The notes under the pieces are model-generated. The model did not search any database, was not told where the DNA came from, and worked only from the letters and a program-made list of their open reading frames with translations. A DNA stretch of 64,000 bases from Octopus sinensis (taxonomy: Eukaryota), in contig NC_043000.1 of assembly GCF_006345805.1 (NCBI RefSeq), positions 34,286,001 through 34,350,000 of the forward strand. Direction: 5' to 3'. This document shows positions 34,765 to 49,369 of the stretch, one piece after another. Within the stretch, counting starts at the first letter, position 1; the number at the start of each line of letters is the position of its first letter. A program made the position numbers and the translations under genes.

Positions 34765-35612
34765 TCGTCATTGTCATCATCATCATCGTCGTCATCATCG
34801 TCTTCTTCTTCTTCTCTTCTTCTTCTTCTTCTTCTTCTTCTTCTTCTTCTTCTTCTTCTTCTTCTTCTCTTCTTCTTCTTCCTTCTTCTTCTTCTCTTTC
34901 TTCTTCTTCTTCTTCTTCTTCTCTCTTCTTCTTCTTCTCTCTTCTCTTCTTCTTCTTTCTTCTTCTTCTTCCTCTTCTTCTTCTCCCTTCCCTCTTTCCT
35001 TTCTTCTCTTCTTCCTCTTCCTTCCCTTCTCTTTCTTCTTCTTCCTCCTTCTCCTCTTCTTCTTCTTCCTTCTTCTTCTTCTTCTTCTTCTTCTCTGTTC
35101 TACGTTTCTTTCCTACTACTTCCCCACCTCGGTAGACATCCTCTCTCTTTCTCTCTCTTCCTCACCCTTCCTCTCCCTTCCTCTCCCTTCCTCTCCCTCC
35201 CTCCTTTCCCCCATCTCCTGTTATGTCCCATAACATCTCCCAGCTTTTCCCTTCCCCTGTTCTACAGTTTAATCTGTCTGACTCTGCCCCTAACCCCTTC
35301 TCTTTCACCCCTATCCGCGAACCTGACCACCCCACCAACATCATCCTCATCGCAAGCGCTACCACCTTCACCCCCATCACTGCCAAACACCAAGATACAT
35401 CATCATCATCATCATTACCACCATCCCGTCACTACACCACAACCACCACCACTACCCCCACCAAAAAACAACATCATCACCATCACCACTACCACCACTA
35501 CCATCCTCATCTTCTTCACCCCCCTCACCATTGACCCCGACACCGGACACTGCTACTATTGCCATATGAATATCTGCAACCACCACCACCACCACCACCA
35601 CCACCACCACCT

Positions 35613-35655
<43 letters not shown>

Positions 35656-35819
35656 CGCTGCTGCCGATGCTACTGCTATATCAACACCTACCGCCAATCA
35701 CCGCCGCCACCGCCACCACCTCTACCGGAGATTATTTTCTTACACACACGCACCCCACACTCCCTCCTCTCTCTCTCTCTCTGCTCATGTCTTTGTCTGT
35801 CTGTCTGTTTGTCCTTCTC

Positions 35820-35853
<34 letters not shown>

Positions 35854-35969
35854 CACTCCTTTCTATACGTAGTTCCTTATTTGATCAGACCATCGATTGT
35901 CCACTCTGTTGTATGTTCAGCTGTTTGCTGTTTATTATTATTATCATAATTTTTCCGTTCGACACAAAG

Positions 35970-36025
<56 letters not shown>

Positions 36026-36054
36026 GATGATGATGATAATGAATTATTATTACT

Positions 36055-36085
<31 letters not shown>

Positions 36086-36232
36086 CCACCATTTTCGAGT
36101 CGAATGGAAAAATCAAAACACCGATGACGTCATCACAATCAAAGAAATTGATCCCAGAATAAACAGCCTTTCATTCTAGTAAACCCCTTCTTTTTGCCCC
36201 CTGTCTTTCAGGGATTCAACTTCCCCCTCCAC

Positions 36233-36263
<31 letters not shown>

Positions 36264-36751
36264 TCTTTCTTTCTTTCTTTCTTCCTTCTCACTTCCCCCT
36301 CCTCCTCTTCCTCTCCCTCAACCTCTCTCACTGTCCTTTTCCTCCTCCTCCTCTTTCTCCTTTTCTCTTGTTTTTCTTTCTGTTCTGTTTTGCTGCCATC
36401 TCAGCCTGCTTTGATGACTTTAGCGTTTTTGCTTGTAAAAACAACAACAGCAGCAGAAGCAGCAGCAGCAATCAGAAGAAAAAGAACAACAACAACAACA
36501 ACAGCAACAGCAAGAAGGACAGTAGCAATAACAAAAACAATATCAATGTAATAACAATAACAACAGTTGGAGACGTACAACAACGACTACAAGAACAAGA
36601 ACAAGAACAACAACAACAACAACAGTGCATCCTAATTGTAACAATAACAACAGCGCCAATAACAGATAGCAAGTTACAAAACAGGAAAACTACCACTACT
36701 ACTACTATCACCACCACCACCACCGCCACCACTACCACCACCACCACCACC

Positions 36752-36782
<31 letters not shown>

Positions 36783-36796
36783 TTACCACTACCACT

Positions 36797-36828
<32 letters not shown>

Positions 36829-36906
36829 CACCCCCACCACTACCACCACCACCTGCACTACTACTACTACTACTACTGCCACCCCCACCACTACCACCAC
36901 CACCTG

Positions 36907-36965
<59 letters not shown>
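34765..36965. repeat. Mosaic of (CTT)n, (CAC)n, (TAC)n, (CT)n, (AAT)n, (CAT)n, (CAA)n and (ACT)n arrays
   Basis: Direct reading. Confidence 0.92.
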
Positions 36966-37259
36966 TGTCTGGAGTTAAGAGCCTGTGATTACAGCCATTC
37001 CAAGCCGTTAATGTTTCGCTTAAATGGTTGAAAGTCGACAATTGGAGACTGGAGGACAATCATGACCGAGGTGGGAATTGGAAAGGGTCAGCGTTTTAGA
37101 GATAAAGGGCGGGTTTAGTAAAAGCCTGGAAGGATCAGACAAAAGTCCAGGTAAGGAAAGATAGGTGCAGGTGTGGCTGTGTGCTTAGTAAGCTTGCTTC
37201 CCAACCATGCGCCGTACATTATACATATATATATATAATATATATATATATAATATATA

Positions 37260-37295
<36 letters not shown>

Positions 37296-37332
37296 TGTAT
37301 GTATGTATATAAGTATATATATATATATGTAT

Positions 37333-38040
37333 AAAGAACATAAATCTCCCACAGTAGCGTCAAATTCCACTAAATAGCCACATAGACTCTTGCGCTAGAG
37401 GCAAAAATCCTAAATTTCACATATTCCCTTTCTACCAATGTAAAGACGGAATCTCTACACAAGAAAGAATCAACAAGGAAAATCTTTTTATTGAAAAATT
37501 CCAAACGCATCTTAATATGCAAACTCCACAATGACCATACTTCTTTTTCTAGCATCCTATCTGACAAAAAATTGATATAAGCATCCTGTTTGACAAAAAT
37601 CAATCATTCCAATTGAAGAGCCTAAAATCCACAGAGTTGTCTCCCCTTACTCACAGGAACTGGATAACTCTTACCCCATTTCCTGTTTTGACACTCTTTT
37701 ACCAAACACTTTAAACTAAGCACCACTTTTAATCACATGGATCTTAATCCTCCAAAGAAATTATTGAACTCTAAAAGCATAGACTCTACAATGTATCGGT
37801 ATACTTATTTATTAATTTTTGTATATATTTATTATTATGTTTTTGAAAAAACATTGTAAATTTCTTTTTTCTCCTTCCTCTATTTTAAAAAAAATTCTTT
37901 TCCTCTTCCAACTCTTAAAAATTTGCTTTGCCATAAAAACCGGTTTGATTTATTATTTTTTCTTTTTTAATTTTCCATACACCCATTTTTATTAAAAATT
38001 ACTTTCAATTTAGCATTCTGCCTTATAATTTTTCCTCTCC
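37333..38040 (+). mobile_element. 3' fragment of a Penelope-like element (GIY-YIG C-terminus plus 3' UTR) between TA tracts
   Basis: RQIPLNSHIDSCARGKNPKFHIFPFYQCKDGISTQERINKENLFIEKFQTHLN (~37358-37520). Confidence 0.65.
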
Positions 38041-38050
38041 TATATGTATG

Positions 38051-38111
<61 letters not shown>

Positions 38112-38126
38112 GTGTGTGTGTGTATG

Positions 38127-38157
<31 letters not shown>

Positions 38158-38384
38158 GTGTCCTTTGACGTAGAAATCCCCGAAGTGGCTTCACGGTTGG
38201 GCCTTCTGCCCTGTAACTCCAGTTCCATGGGTTTTCTTTCTGCCCCTATGACAGAGATCAATTCCGCAATTATTCTACGTTCTTCGGAGATCACCACGAC
38301 TTGTACACCCATACAGATCCTACTTGACTTCAAATCATTTTTTTTTGTTTGTTACTTCGACGCTTGTCACCTGTAAAGATGCAG

Positions 38385-39685
38385 ATTGACCACAGCTGTC
38401 ATCCTAATACAACATCACCGGATAGTAGAGCAAGGAGGAGGAAGTGAACCAGTGAAAAAAAAAAACTGGATAATGATGCAGTGTTACTTAGAAAGTGAAC
38501 CTAAAAGAAAGGGCTACAGAGAACGGATGTTAACACTTTGGGTAGAGAAAGGTATGTTTAAAGTGACTGAGTAGAGCTTAGTTGATCAAGCTAGTGCTAT
38601 TAGAAGAAAGTGGATGACAGAATTGAAGGTAGAAGAGATCACAATAGAACTGAAAAAGAAACACCAAGAAGTGGGAAAGGCAAACAAGAACATAAGAGGT
38701 ACATCTGAAACCAAAGAAGAATCTAAAGGAAAAAATAACAATAGTGCTACCAATAAGGAAGGGACAACCAGCACCAACTATTTAAGTGATTTAAGTGTTC
38801 TTCAGAAGATCTTAGATGAGTTGCAGGAAGTAATGAGTAAAGAAGAAAGAAAAAGATTGCTGGCATTAAAAGGCACCAACAGAAGGAAACTAAAAGAAAG
38901 TAGGAAAGTAGATTCTATTATCAGGAGGATAGATACTAAATATATAAAAGACACTAACTTATTGATCTATGCAGGAGGGGTAGTAGTCACCAGAAGATTA
39001 GATATCTCACAGGGAAAGATTAGAAAAGAGCAAATGTGGAAAAGGAGACAACAAAATAAAGTGAAGACTTTAAAACAAGATCTGAGTAGAATAGGAACCT
39101 GGAAAACAAACAAGTTAGGAAAAATGCCGAATTAGAAGGGCCCAGGACCAAATTTCAAGCAATTCAGTAGTTTACATGGGAAGCTGAGAGAACTACTTCA
39201 GGATTGTCTTAAGGGAGGAATAATACCAGATTGGATGACTAGAGGGAGGATAATACTCATTAAGAAAGATAAGAGCAAGAGTAATACAACTAGCAACTAT
39301 AGACCAATCACTTGCTTACCATTAGTGTGGAAGCTGTTAACAGGAATGCTTTCAGAAAGCATTTACGAGTACCTTGACAACTAGAATTTACAACAAGAAG
39401 AACAGAAAGGTTACAGGAAGAAGGCTAGAGGAAAGCATGATCTATTATACATAGACAAAGCAGTTTTAAATGAAGTAAAAGCTAGAAAGCAAAATATAAC
39501 AATAGCACGGATAGATTACAGGAAAGTCTGTGACTTGATCCCACACTCATGGATAAGAGACTGTTTGAGTATATTCGGTATAGCAGACAACATAAGAGAA
39601 TTAATTAGCTTTAGCATGAAGGAATGGAAAGTAGATCTATACTCAGGTGACACACACTCTTAGAGAGAGTTAATATTAAAACAGC
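38385..39685 (+). pseudogene. Decayed R4/Dong-like RLE non-LTR element: N-terminal region and start of RT, with an internal deletion
   Basis: CYLESEPKRKGYRERM, DTNLLIYAGGVVV, WKRRQQNKVKTLKQDLSRI, WMTRGR..LIKKDKSK...SNYRPITCLPLVWKLLTG, QEEQKG, IDYRKVCDLIPHSWI. Confidence 0.85.
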
Positions 39686-39850
39686 TAGGAAGTGGAAAGC
39701 AGAAGCAGAGACTGATGACATCCTGTTTTCATTCATAAACAGAGAGAGAAAGGGTGGGTGCTACGCAAATTCATTGGAAGGAACATAGATTTGGCGCAGA
39801 CCGGTTCAGAAATTTCAATGAATTGGTCACACCAAATTGAAAATAAAATT

Positions 39851-39899
<49 letters not shown>

Positions 39900-40626
39900 T
39901 CTCTCTCTCTCTCCTCTCTCTCTCTTCCTCTATCTATCTATCTTTTCCCCATCCTTTATTATCTTTATTTTTTTCTCTTTCTTGATTACCCTGAAACCCC
40001 ACTCTCTCTCTCTCTATCAATCTATTCACCCCGATTTGCTTTTCTTTGTCTCTCTCCCCTTTTTTCCAAGAAAAAAAAAACACCCAAAACAATATGCTCC
40101 TCTTCTAAACAAGACAAAACAACATCCGACTCATAAAAATGAGTAACGTTCTGTTTTAATCATTTTGATTTTGATTTTGTCTTGACGAGTTTGAAAACGA
40201 ACGAAAGCGCTATTAAAGGATTATCCAAAATTCTGACTGCTTCCTTTTTCGCAATATACAAGATCTGTACGCCACTTCAAACATTCTATACATACATGCA
40301 TGCACACACACACACACACACACAGATAATTATGTGCAGGATCCAATTGAATCGGGGTATTCTAATAACATCAACTTAAGGCCGAGAATAGCATATTCAC
40401 GGACACTGACGCATATATTGATGCATATATGGACTTGTCATACCATTTACATACACATCTACATAAACAAATCAATATACACATCGATATAAATATACAT
40501 GTATGTATAAAATCACATACAGACATAATCCGGCATTCGGTTTTACGGTCCACTTTAAGTTCCAGGTCCTAACTTAGAGGAGGTTCCAAGTATGGTGTAA
40601 AATAAGTAAGAACACATATAGATTGA

Positions 40627-40762
40627 GGTTCACTACAGCTGTTTCAGACACGTTTTTTTATTGATAAACAAATCAATTACATCATGAAAAAGAAAACATT
40701 TTTCTATGATGTAATTGAATTATTCATTTATAGAAACGTGTTTGAAACAGCTGTAGTGAACC
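40627..40762. repeat. Imperfect ~136 bp palindrome carrying a GAAACAGCTGTA PLE/hammerhead-type motif
   Basis: ggttcactacagctgtttcagacacgttt / aaacgtgtttgaaacagctgtagtgaacc. Confidence 0.75.
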
Positions 40763-41123
40763 ACAACAGACTTCCGATCTTATATATATATATATATATA
40801 TACGAGAGAGAGAGAGAGAGAGAGAGGGATAGGTATATACACATTTATGTGTGTGTGTTGAAGCGAGCGTGTGTTGTTAGCGAGCCGGATAGAGTATTGT
40901 AGTATAGATAGCCAGACGCTCCAAAATAGACGGTTATTTCAATTCTAACCTTTTCATAAATGTTTCATATAATCTTAAAATCCGACATTTCCTGTTTTTT
41001 CCTCAGGCTTTGGACAGTTTCTTTCCATTACTGGTGAAATTATGGAGAAAACAACGAATGAAATCATTTAAAATTATTTTATTTATATCATTTATATATT
41101 TAGAATTCACATATATAAAAGAA

Positions 41124-41164
<41 letters not shown>

Positions 41165-41640
41165 TATATATAGATATACACACATATTTATACATATATA
41201 TTTATATATGTATATACGTATATATATATATATATTCATATATACTTATACATATATATATATCTATACACACACATATATAGGTAACGTTCTTCTATTT
41301 ACATGTAAATATACACGGTGAATATATTTATTGAAGAATTAGTTCACTTGGAAATCATCTCAGATGCCAACGTCCTGTTGTACAAGAAGTGTAATGAAAC
41401 TTATATCTGTATTCCGAGATTTTTTTCTTTCGTTCAACGTCTCTGTTTTATTCTGGATATATTTTGATAATTGTAAAGAGTTATTATCCGTTGTTTACAC
41501 TGGTGTGATATACGTTGACCGGGGTTAGCAACTTCCGGTAAAGTGGACAAGGTTTAGAAGCACGTTTTAATACATTGATTATTGATTGCTCGGTTAGTTG
41601 TCTAGTATCAGGTCCACAAGTTATTTGTGCGTGCAAGTAT

Positions 41641-41699
<59 letters not shown>

Positions 41700-41700
<1 letters not shown>

Positions 41701-41995
41701 CACGTGATCACGTGACCGACCAGACCATCAGATGTTTTACACATCGCTGGTCACAATGCGTTCGCATTGTTTTAGCCTTCGAATGACGCCACCCCGCAGG
41801 CTAAGCGAGCAGGCCAACAGAAGACTGAGAGAAAGAGTGGTGAAAGAGTACAGCAGGAATCACCACCCCCTGCCGGAGCATCGTGGAGCTTTTAGGTGTT
41901 TTCGCTCAATAAACACTCACAACGCCCAGTCTGGGAATCGAAACCGCGATCCTACGACTGCGAGTCCGCTGCCCTAACACAGGCATTGCGCCTCC
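41700..41995 (-). mobile_element. SINE family B
   Basis: Reverse complement of 4665-4970. Confidence 0.88.
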
Positions 41996-42040
41996 TATAT
42001 ATATATATATATATATATATAGATATATATATATATATAT

Positions 42041-42108
<68 letters not shown>

Positions 42109-42132
42109 ATATATATATATATATAGATATAG

Positions 42133-42219
<87 letters not shown>

Positions 42220-42224
42220 TATAT

Positions 42225-42270
<46 letters not shown>

Positions 42271-42360
42271 AATATATAAATAAAGATTAGGGAATAAATC
42301 CAAATTTACAGGGAAAAAAATCAGATTTAGGTTAAATTAAATCGATTTATAGTAAAATAT

Positions 42361-42511
42361 TATAAAATATTTTCGAGACAAAACCACTATTTGCAAACAA
42401 ACAAGGAAAGACTTAATCAATACATAAAATTTTATTAAAATTTTATGTATTGATTAAGTCTTTCCTTGTTGTTTTGCAAAATAGTGGTTTTGTCTCGAAA
42501 AATATTTTATA
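42361..42511. repeat. Near-perfect ~150 bp AT-rich palindrome
   Basis: tataaaatattttcgagacaaaaccactat...tacataaaatttt att aaaattttatgta...atagtggttttgtctcgaaaaatattttata. Confidence 0.9.
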
Positions 42512-42569
42512 TATATCTATATATATATATATGTATCTATTCTATCTATATTCATCTATCTATCTATCT

Positions 42570-42635
<66 letters not shown>

Positions 42636-43083
42636 CTTTATATAATATATATATATATGTATATACGTATATATCTACACATGCACACACACACACACAC
42701 AAACCCACACACACATATATATTTACGCTCATACTCATGCATATGTATGTACATATGATTTCTCAATACAATGTTTCTCTTGTGAGTTGAGTTTCATGCC
42801 ACGTTGATCTTCAGGTGGGACCTGATACAACTCGATATGATATTAAATGTACATTCGATGTTCCGAATGTAGTTCCATACTTGTTTCGTTTATTGGTTCA
42901 CGTTTATTGACTGGAAGTTATTTTACCACTCTCCATCTATTACTTGTGGTAGTATTTCTTATGTTCCTGTCTTTGACGACGAGGGTATAAAGAAGTAAAT
43001 GAGTGGAAACTTTACTGGTGAGTGTGTTAAATGATAAGGCACTAAAAAAGAATGACTCTACCCAGACGCAACAATATATATAT

Positions 43084-43133
<50 letters not shown>

Positions 43134-43147
43134 TATATATATATATG

Positions 43148-43181
<34 letters not shown>

Positions 43182-43771
43182 TGTAGTATATATATATATA
43201 TATATATGGAGGGGGAGGAGAAAGAGAGAGAAGGTAAGAGAAAAGCCCGTCTTCGTTGATAGAGTACAACCGAAGTAAGCTTAAATTTTACAGTAAGCAT
43301 ATGACAAGAATGTAATATTATAGTTTTATTTGCTACAACTACAGCGTCTAAACGACATTACTATAGTATTAGTAGTAGTAGTAGTTAGTAGTAGTAGTAG
43401 TAGTTACAATCTCGAAGCACGCGCATGAAGTTATAAATAATAACGTAAATAAGGCCGAAAAAACCCCTTGTAGATCGTTCACTTTCTCTCGAAAGTTAAT
43501 AAAATTCTTATGACTCCACAACATACAATTATCGCTGTAAAAAAGTTGCTTTGGTCCAATGGTAGAACATCTGTTATGTTTGTAGGTGATGGTGAGTTCG
43601 TGAGCCACTGGCAGCCATTGACATTTTGAATCCAAAAGGGTTTTTTTTTCAACCCAATATTTACATGCTATTATCTATAGCTTTACGTGTGTGTTTCAAG
43701 ATATTCTAAAAATGAGCACATACATATATATACACTACACTACACACACACACACACACGCACACACACAC

Positions 43772-43809
<38 letters not shown>

Positions 43810-44144
43810 GGTATAAATACGTCTATAGATGCATTTATGGATTTCATACACTTCTTTCCCACTGAACGTTTCCTCTTCAATTGCCAACTGAAATTTATTG
43901 AGCTGTTCATCAATGGGTGTTATCTACAATCTGGAGATGTTTTTCTTGCCAGTCGTTCTTTGCGAACAATAAATTCATTATCTATTTCACAGTTGATGAA
44001 TGTATCGAACAGTTATATATTCACCGATAAAAAAATATCGATCTTGACATAATGATTCCTTATCGATCTTTTTAGCCGGACTCCATTAGTGTGATCACTG
44101 ATATTAGATAGATGTCCTCTAAATCTTACTCATATGTAAATTTT

Positions 44145-44195
<51 letters not shown>

Positions 44196-45699
44196 TAATG
44201 ATGATAATAATAATAATAATATCAGCAACGACACTGAAGTGTGTTTAACAATGAACACGGTGGGAACTTAACAAAGAACACTTTTGTAAGTTTAAAATAA
44301 CGCCAAGAGGATGTTAAAAAACACCGAATACGTTTAATAGGTGAAAATGCTGTTTACTGCTCCAAATTTTATCCATCTACACTAGTTAAATAATACTCAT
44401 TTAATCCGAAAAAAGGACAGCCCTGTTAAAGAATAACTGTTTCAGCAATACATGAATTTATTCATAAAATTTCATTGCTTTTTACCTTATATACATAATG
44501 TATCATAATGTATCACTACTATTCCTCTTGGTCTGTAGACACGACCATCAATATTGCCGTATTAAACGAATAATGTAACAGGCACGGTATGACGCATTTA
44601 TTGACGCAGGAAAAACAAAGCCCAACAAAAGAAATATAGAGCAAAAATTCTATATTTAAATAAAAATTACTCAATCTTTAATGCAATCAAGAAAGGGACA
44701 TGACTGACAACCCCTCCTCAAAATATGACACCAAAAATAGAAGTTACTGAAACCAAAGAACACCCGAATCAAGAGACATTCGCTAAATTGCAACGAATTC
44801 ATGTGTATGAAATGCAATACCATTACTTGGTACAATCTCCAGAGTAAGTTTATCAAGAGCGAGATGAAAATGAAATGGAAAACAAATGAGTACCAACAGC
44901 AAGAGGAGTAAAATTCGAAAGAGAAAAGAAATCTGTAACGGATGAGCTCGTTTGAAATAAAGAACATAGTAAGGCTTAAATGTAATAATTTCTCTTGATA
45001 ATGAATAATTGCCCAGAAAAAAGCTGTTTCATAACAGAAGGGATTTTGAAAAGCTTTATATAGTTGCAAGCATTGGCTACAGATAAGCAAAAGTCATAAC
45101 CGAAGAGAGCAGAAGAAGGAATAGTTTGAGCTAAATGATGGTTGACTTCCAGAAGGATTTTGTTGATGTCCCTCATTACCGATCCAGCAAATATTGCCAT
45201 AAGTAAGGCAACGCTGCTAATAAACAGACACATTAAACATGAGTGAATGGAAAATAAATTTGTAGAATTATTGAAAGAAATCTGATCTCTATGGGCAGTG
45301 GAATATTCCAGGAGGAACCTATCCGTTCTGTTTTTCTGTTTTGCGTGAAAACATGTAATGGATAAGTTAAATCAGACTAGTCGAAGGTATACATGCTGCC
45401 GTGAGACTATTAATATACATGGATTAGAAACAATGCTGCGTATTGTACACGGTGTTACTAATACAGTTGCTATGAGATTTGTTTCATAAAATTGAGCCAA
45501 ACATCGTTGAAGAAATGAAAATTAAACACACCAATGCTTTGGTTGAAAATCAAATTGAGATGAGAGAACTGAACTAAATACAGACTTGTAAATGCTTAGG
45601 AATGAATGAAGTAGAGAGAAAGAAAGAGTAAGAGAGAAAGAAAGAATGCAATACATAAATGAAAACAAATGTTAGGAATATTAAAGACAAAATAATATA

Positions 45700-45830
45700 T
45701 TGGTTTCAAATTTTGGTACAAGGCCAGCAATTTCGGGTTGGGGGTGGTAAATCAATTCCATCGATCCCAGTGTTCAACTGGTACTTATTTTATCGACTCC
45801 GAAAGGATGAAAGCAAAGTCGACCTCGGTG
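45700..45830 (-). mobile_element. SINE family A, 3' fragment
   Basis: ttttggtacaaggccagcaattt...ctggtacttattttatcgactccgaaaggatgaaagcaaagtcgacctcgg. Confidence 0.7.
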
Positions 45831-46669
45831 GGGGTGGTATATCTGGATTTTCAAATGCCAATGGCTTGAAGTTCGTTAACAGAGGAGCCATATTGTCCTT
45901 AAGTCTGAATTTTCGTTGTTTTAATATTTAAAAAAAATTAAGGCCGAAGTACTTCAGTGAAGTCCATGTGAAATCAAAGATTTATATATAACTAAGAATT
46001 CAGTCAGTAGATTCCAGCAGAATGTTTTTGACCAATGGAAAATATTCTCCGATGTGGCATACTTCCCATCTGTTGTTCTCCGAAATGTTATATTTCTCCA
46101 AAATTAATATGATGTGTCTGTCAGTTTGTTTATATCTCAGATAGAAACAATTAAAAGACAAACAAGTAAACAGTACCACCATTAATACCATGGACATTAT
46201 TTGTTCCTTCAGTGATTCTCTTCTGAAAAAAATTCTTCTGAAGATTCTTCCTTCCGTCTGACAAAGAACTCTTTGGAAAGAAATGTGCCACAAATGACAA
46301 GTATCGATCTCCGATTAAGCTGGAATGTCTCTACGAGATCAAGCTTTATCTTTGTTTACCTGTCTCAAGGATTAATCGTATGAGACACAAAACTGGGATA
46401 GGACAAGTCAGTTGGCTTTGAAATTCTTTAATAGTCTCCAGCGAAAAGATGTAATTTTATTGTATTTGCCATCAAATTTCCTCACGCATTTCCACCAAAA
46501 TTTCATACTTTACAAAAGACAAATTTCCCTCCAAGTTTGCATTAAAACTAAATATATTCATTTTAATAAATACCATTTCGGTTTTAGCCCTAAATGAGCA
46601 AAATTTTAAGTTCAAAGCTGTAAGTTATTACCTACCTACCTACCTACCTACCTACCTACCTACCTACTA

Positions 46670-46793
<124 letters not shown>

Positions 46794-47023
46794 GTACTTT
46801 ATTATTAAAGCTGCAAAAAAATCACAAAAATATCACAAAAATCTGCTACTCAGAGTTTCACTTTCCCGAGAGCGTAAAACTCAAAGTAGCAGTTTTTGTG
46901 ATACTCCTGTGATGTTTTTACAGTTACATAGCATCTTACTCTACCTCTGGTATTCGAGTACTATTTTTTCTTACCTTGTTTTACATTTATGTGCTTACTC
47001 GGGTATACACACACACACACACA

Positions 47024-47059
<36 letters not shown>

Positions 47060-47062
<3 letters not shown>

Positions 47063-47458
47063 TTATATATAAAAGTGAGGTTGTGTGCTGTCTGTCTCCT
47101 ACGATTTAGATTTTAGATTCCTAACTACTCTCACTTTTTGCGGTGCAGTTTAACCAAAACCGGGTAGCTTATAGTCGTGATTCATATCGAGTCCTTCTGG
47201 GTATTAGCGCGCGTCTACGATGAGTCTACGATTTAAAAAAAAATTACCATCAATTTTTCCCATTTTAATGCATTTTTGACATATATAAGGGAAGTAACTC
47301 TCTAAAAATTTATTATTAAATCTCAGAACGTAAAAAGCTATAGTAACACCCCCCTTTGTGGTTAACCATATTGAGATGGCTATTATACTTTACATCTCTA
47401 AAGATGCTTATATAATTATTTCCCTTACAAACCCGAGCAACGCCGGGCGATACTGCTA

Positions 47459-47459
<1 letters not shown>
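47060..47459 (+). mobile_element. Non-autonomous Helitron, same family as 4013-4405
   Basis: A|TCtttatatataaaagtg...cccgagcaacgccgggcgatactgCTAG|T. Confidence 0.88.
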
Positions 47460-47494
<35 letters not shown>

Positions 47495-47495
<1 letters not shown>

Positions 47496-48480
47496 GTTAA
47501 GACATGAGAAAATGGAGAGAAGACAGCTTCATTTGATTCAGTGCCCTTAACAAGGGCAGATGACGAAATGGAAGGAACATGTTGTTGAGGAGAAAATAAG
47601 TTGGAATGAAATATGGAAGTGGACTACATCACGCCTAAGTTTTCTGATTCGTTCACCCTATGATGTCTTGCCATCACCTACAAATCTAGTAAGATGGAAC
47701 GTCTCCGAAAATGATATATGCAGGTGCGGAAAAGTCGGAACACAGAAATATATTCTTTCCTACTGTTCGCTTGCATTGAATAGATATACATGGAGACATA
47801 ATCTGGTCCTTAACTTCAATGCTATAAAGAACAGAATTTCTCTCATCAATAGTGGCAACAAAACCATTGAAAGAACCAATCAGAGATTTCATTACTTTCG
47901 TGCGCTCAGGATAGCAGATCCGTTTGAAAAAGAAGAAACTTCCTGTGAGCGCTGAAAAGAGGGAAGGCTTTTGAAAGGTGGCTTCAGATTTACAGGTTGC
48001 CAAGGATTCTTTCCTATTCTAGTTACGAAGAAACCGGGTATCATAATATTCTGTGAAAGAAAGTGGTAAATCTAGTCTAGTTAATGGTTCCTCGTGAAGA
48101 TAACATGGACGTCGTTACAAAAACATTCTCGGAGAATGTGAACATGCAGGCTGGAAAGCGGAGCATTGAAGTCGGACGTAGAGGATTCGTTGAACACAAT
48201 CTGAGGCGACTGTTGTGATCGTTAGGCCTAACTCATCATAAAACAAATACCACCATGAGTGATATCCAGACTAGAGTGGAGAAGGCAAGCCACTGGATTC
48301 GGTTGAAAAGAGACGATGAGCAATGGTTAGAAGAATATTGAACGAAACCTGGTAACCAGTTGATCTAGCAAGCGGGGCCTCATTTCAGCGGAGGATGGGG
48401 CCGGTGCGCAATGATGCCGTTCAGAGAAAGGCCCGAAACGGGGAGCATTCTCTCCTGATAACCCCATAGACTTGCTAACA
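47495..48480 (+). mobile_element. 5'-truncated RLE non-LTR element (HERO/NeSL-like): CCHC and endonuclease remnant plus 3' UTR
   Basis: EKISWNEIW...LSFLIRSPYDVLPSPTNLVRW...CRCG...ILSYC..AL.RYTWRHNLVL, then degenerate VP.EDNM, AGWKA, IEVGRRGFV, VEKASHWI.LKRDD. Confidence 0.8.
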
Positions 48481-48649
48481 TCCGGCATATGAAGCTTTCA
48501 ACTCGTATCACTTGCATCTGCAAGTTGTTTGTGCACGTCCTCCTGTTGTCTGTTAATTTTATTGTTCGTTTATTTGATTTGACTATAAATATGTGTGTGT
48601 ATGTGTTTACTGTTTATACATGCTAGTGTGTGTATGTGTGTGTGTGCGT

Positions 48650-48910
48650 GAAGGCACATGGCTTAGTGGTTATGGTGTTACATACATGATTCCGAGATCG
48701 TGGTTTCGATTCCCAGACCGGGCGTTGCGTTGTGTTGTTGAGCAAAGCACTTCATTTCACGTTGCTCTGCGATCATTTCATCATCTGACATGTGGCACCT
48801 GTTGCATCTGTATAGGTAATGTCGTTTTGATGGAGGGAGTGCGCTTATGTCTATACAAACATTTGATCATTATAAACAAATCATCTGTTTGGCTGTTAGG
48901 TAAGAAATTG
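48650..48910 (+). mobile_element. tRNA-derived SINE (head related to families B/C, different tail)
   Basis: tggcttagtggtta...ggtttcgattcccagaccgggcg...gagcaaagcacttcatttcacgttgctc. Confidence 0.65.
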
Positions 48911-48945
48911 CTGTACCCTCATACGCCGTCTAACTATGGGAGAGT

Positions 48946-49008
<63 letters not shown>

Positions 49009-49369
49009 TCCATATGTATACATTGAAGCCGTGTGGCCTTATCTATGCCTGTGTCTTTGAGGGGCCGAATATCTATAGTTTCTCTCCACATGTATTTTAT
49101 ATTGCATATTCATTATTATCAAATATGTATGTACTGCAGCCTCAGCGTATGTCTGTGCCTCATCAACCGAGACTTATTAAGCTCTTGTACAAAAGCTGTT
49201 GTCTGTAGAAGGATATTCTCTCCCATGGAATAATGAAAGAACTGACGATCAAGCCCAGTCACATGACCATTTAGAGAAGAGACGACTATCAAAGCCATGA
49301 CATATGGTGATGCATGCATAAAGTACCTGTATGACATTTCAGGCTTGCCTTCCTCTCAGTCCGTATCAG

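Noticed and set aside
44670-46600. Non-repetitive stretches that might be decayed transposase or host exons
   Set aside because: No motif I can recognise in any frame; it needs blastx.
48395-48450. Possible hammerhead in the HERO-like 3' UTR (...tgatg...ggcccgaaacggg)
   Set aside because: No CUGANGA core, and cccgaaacggg is better explained as a simple hairpin.
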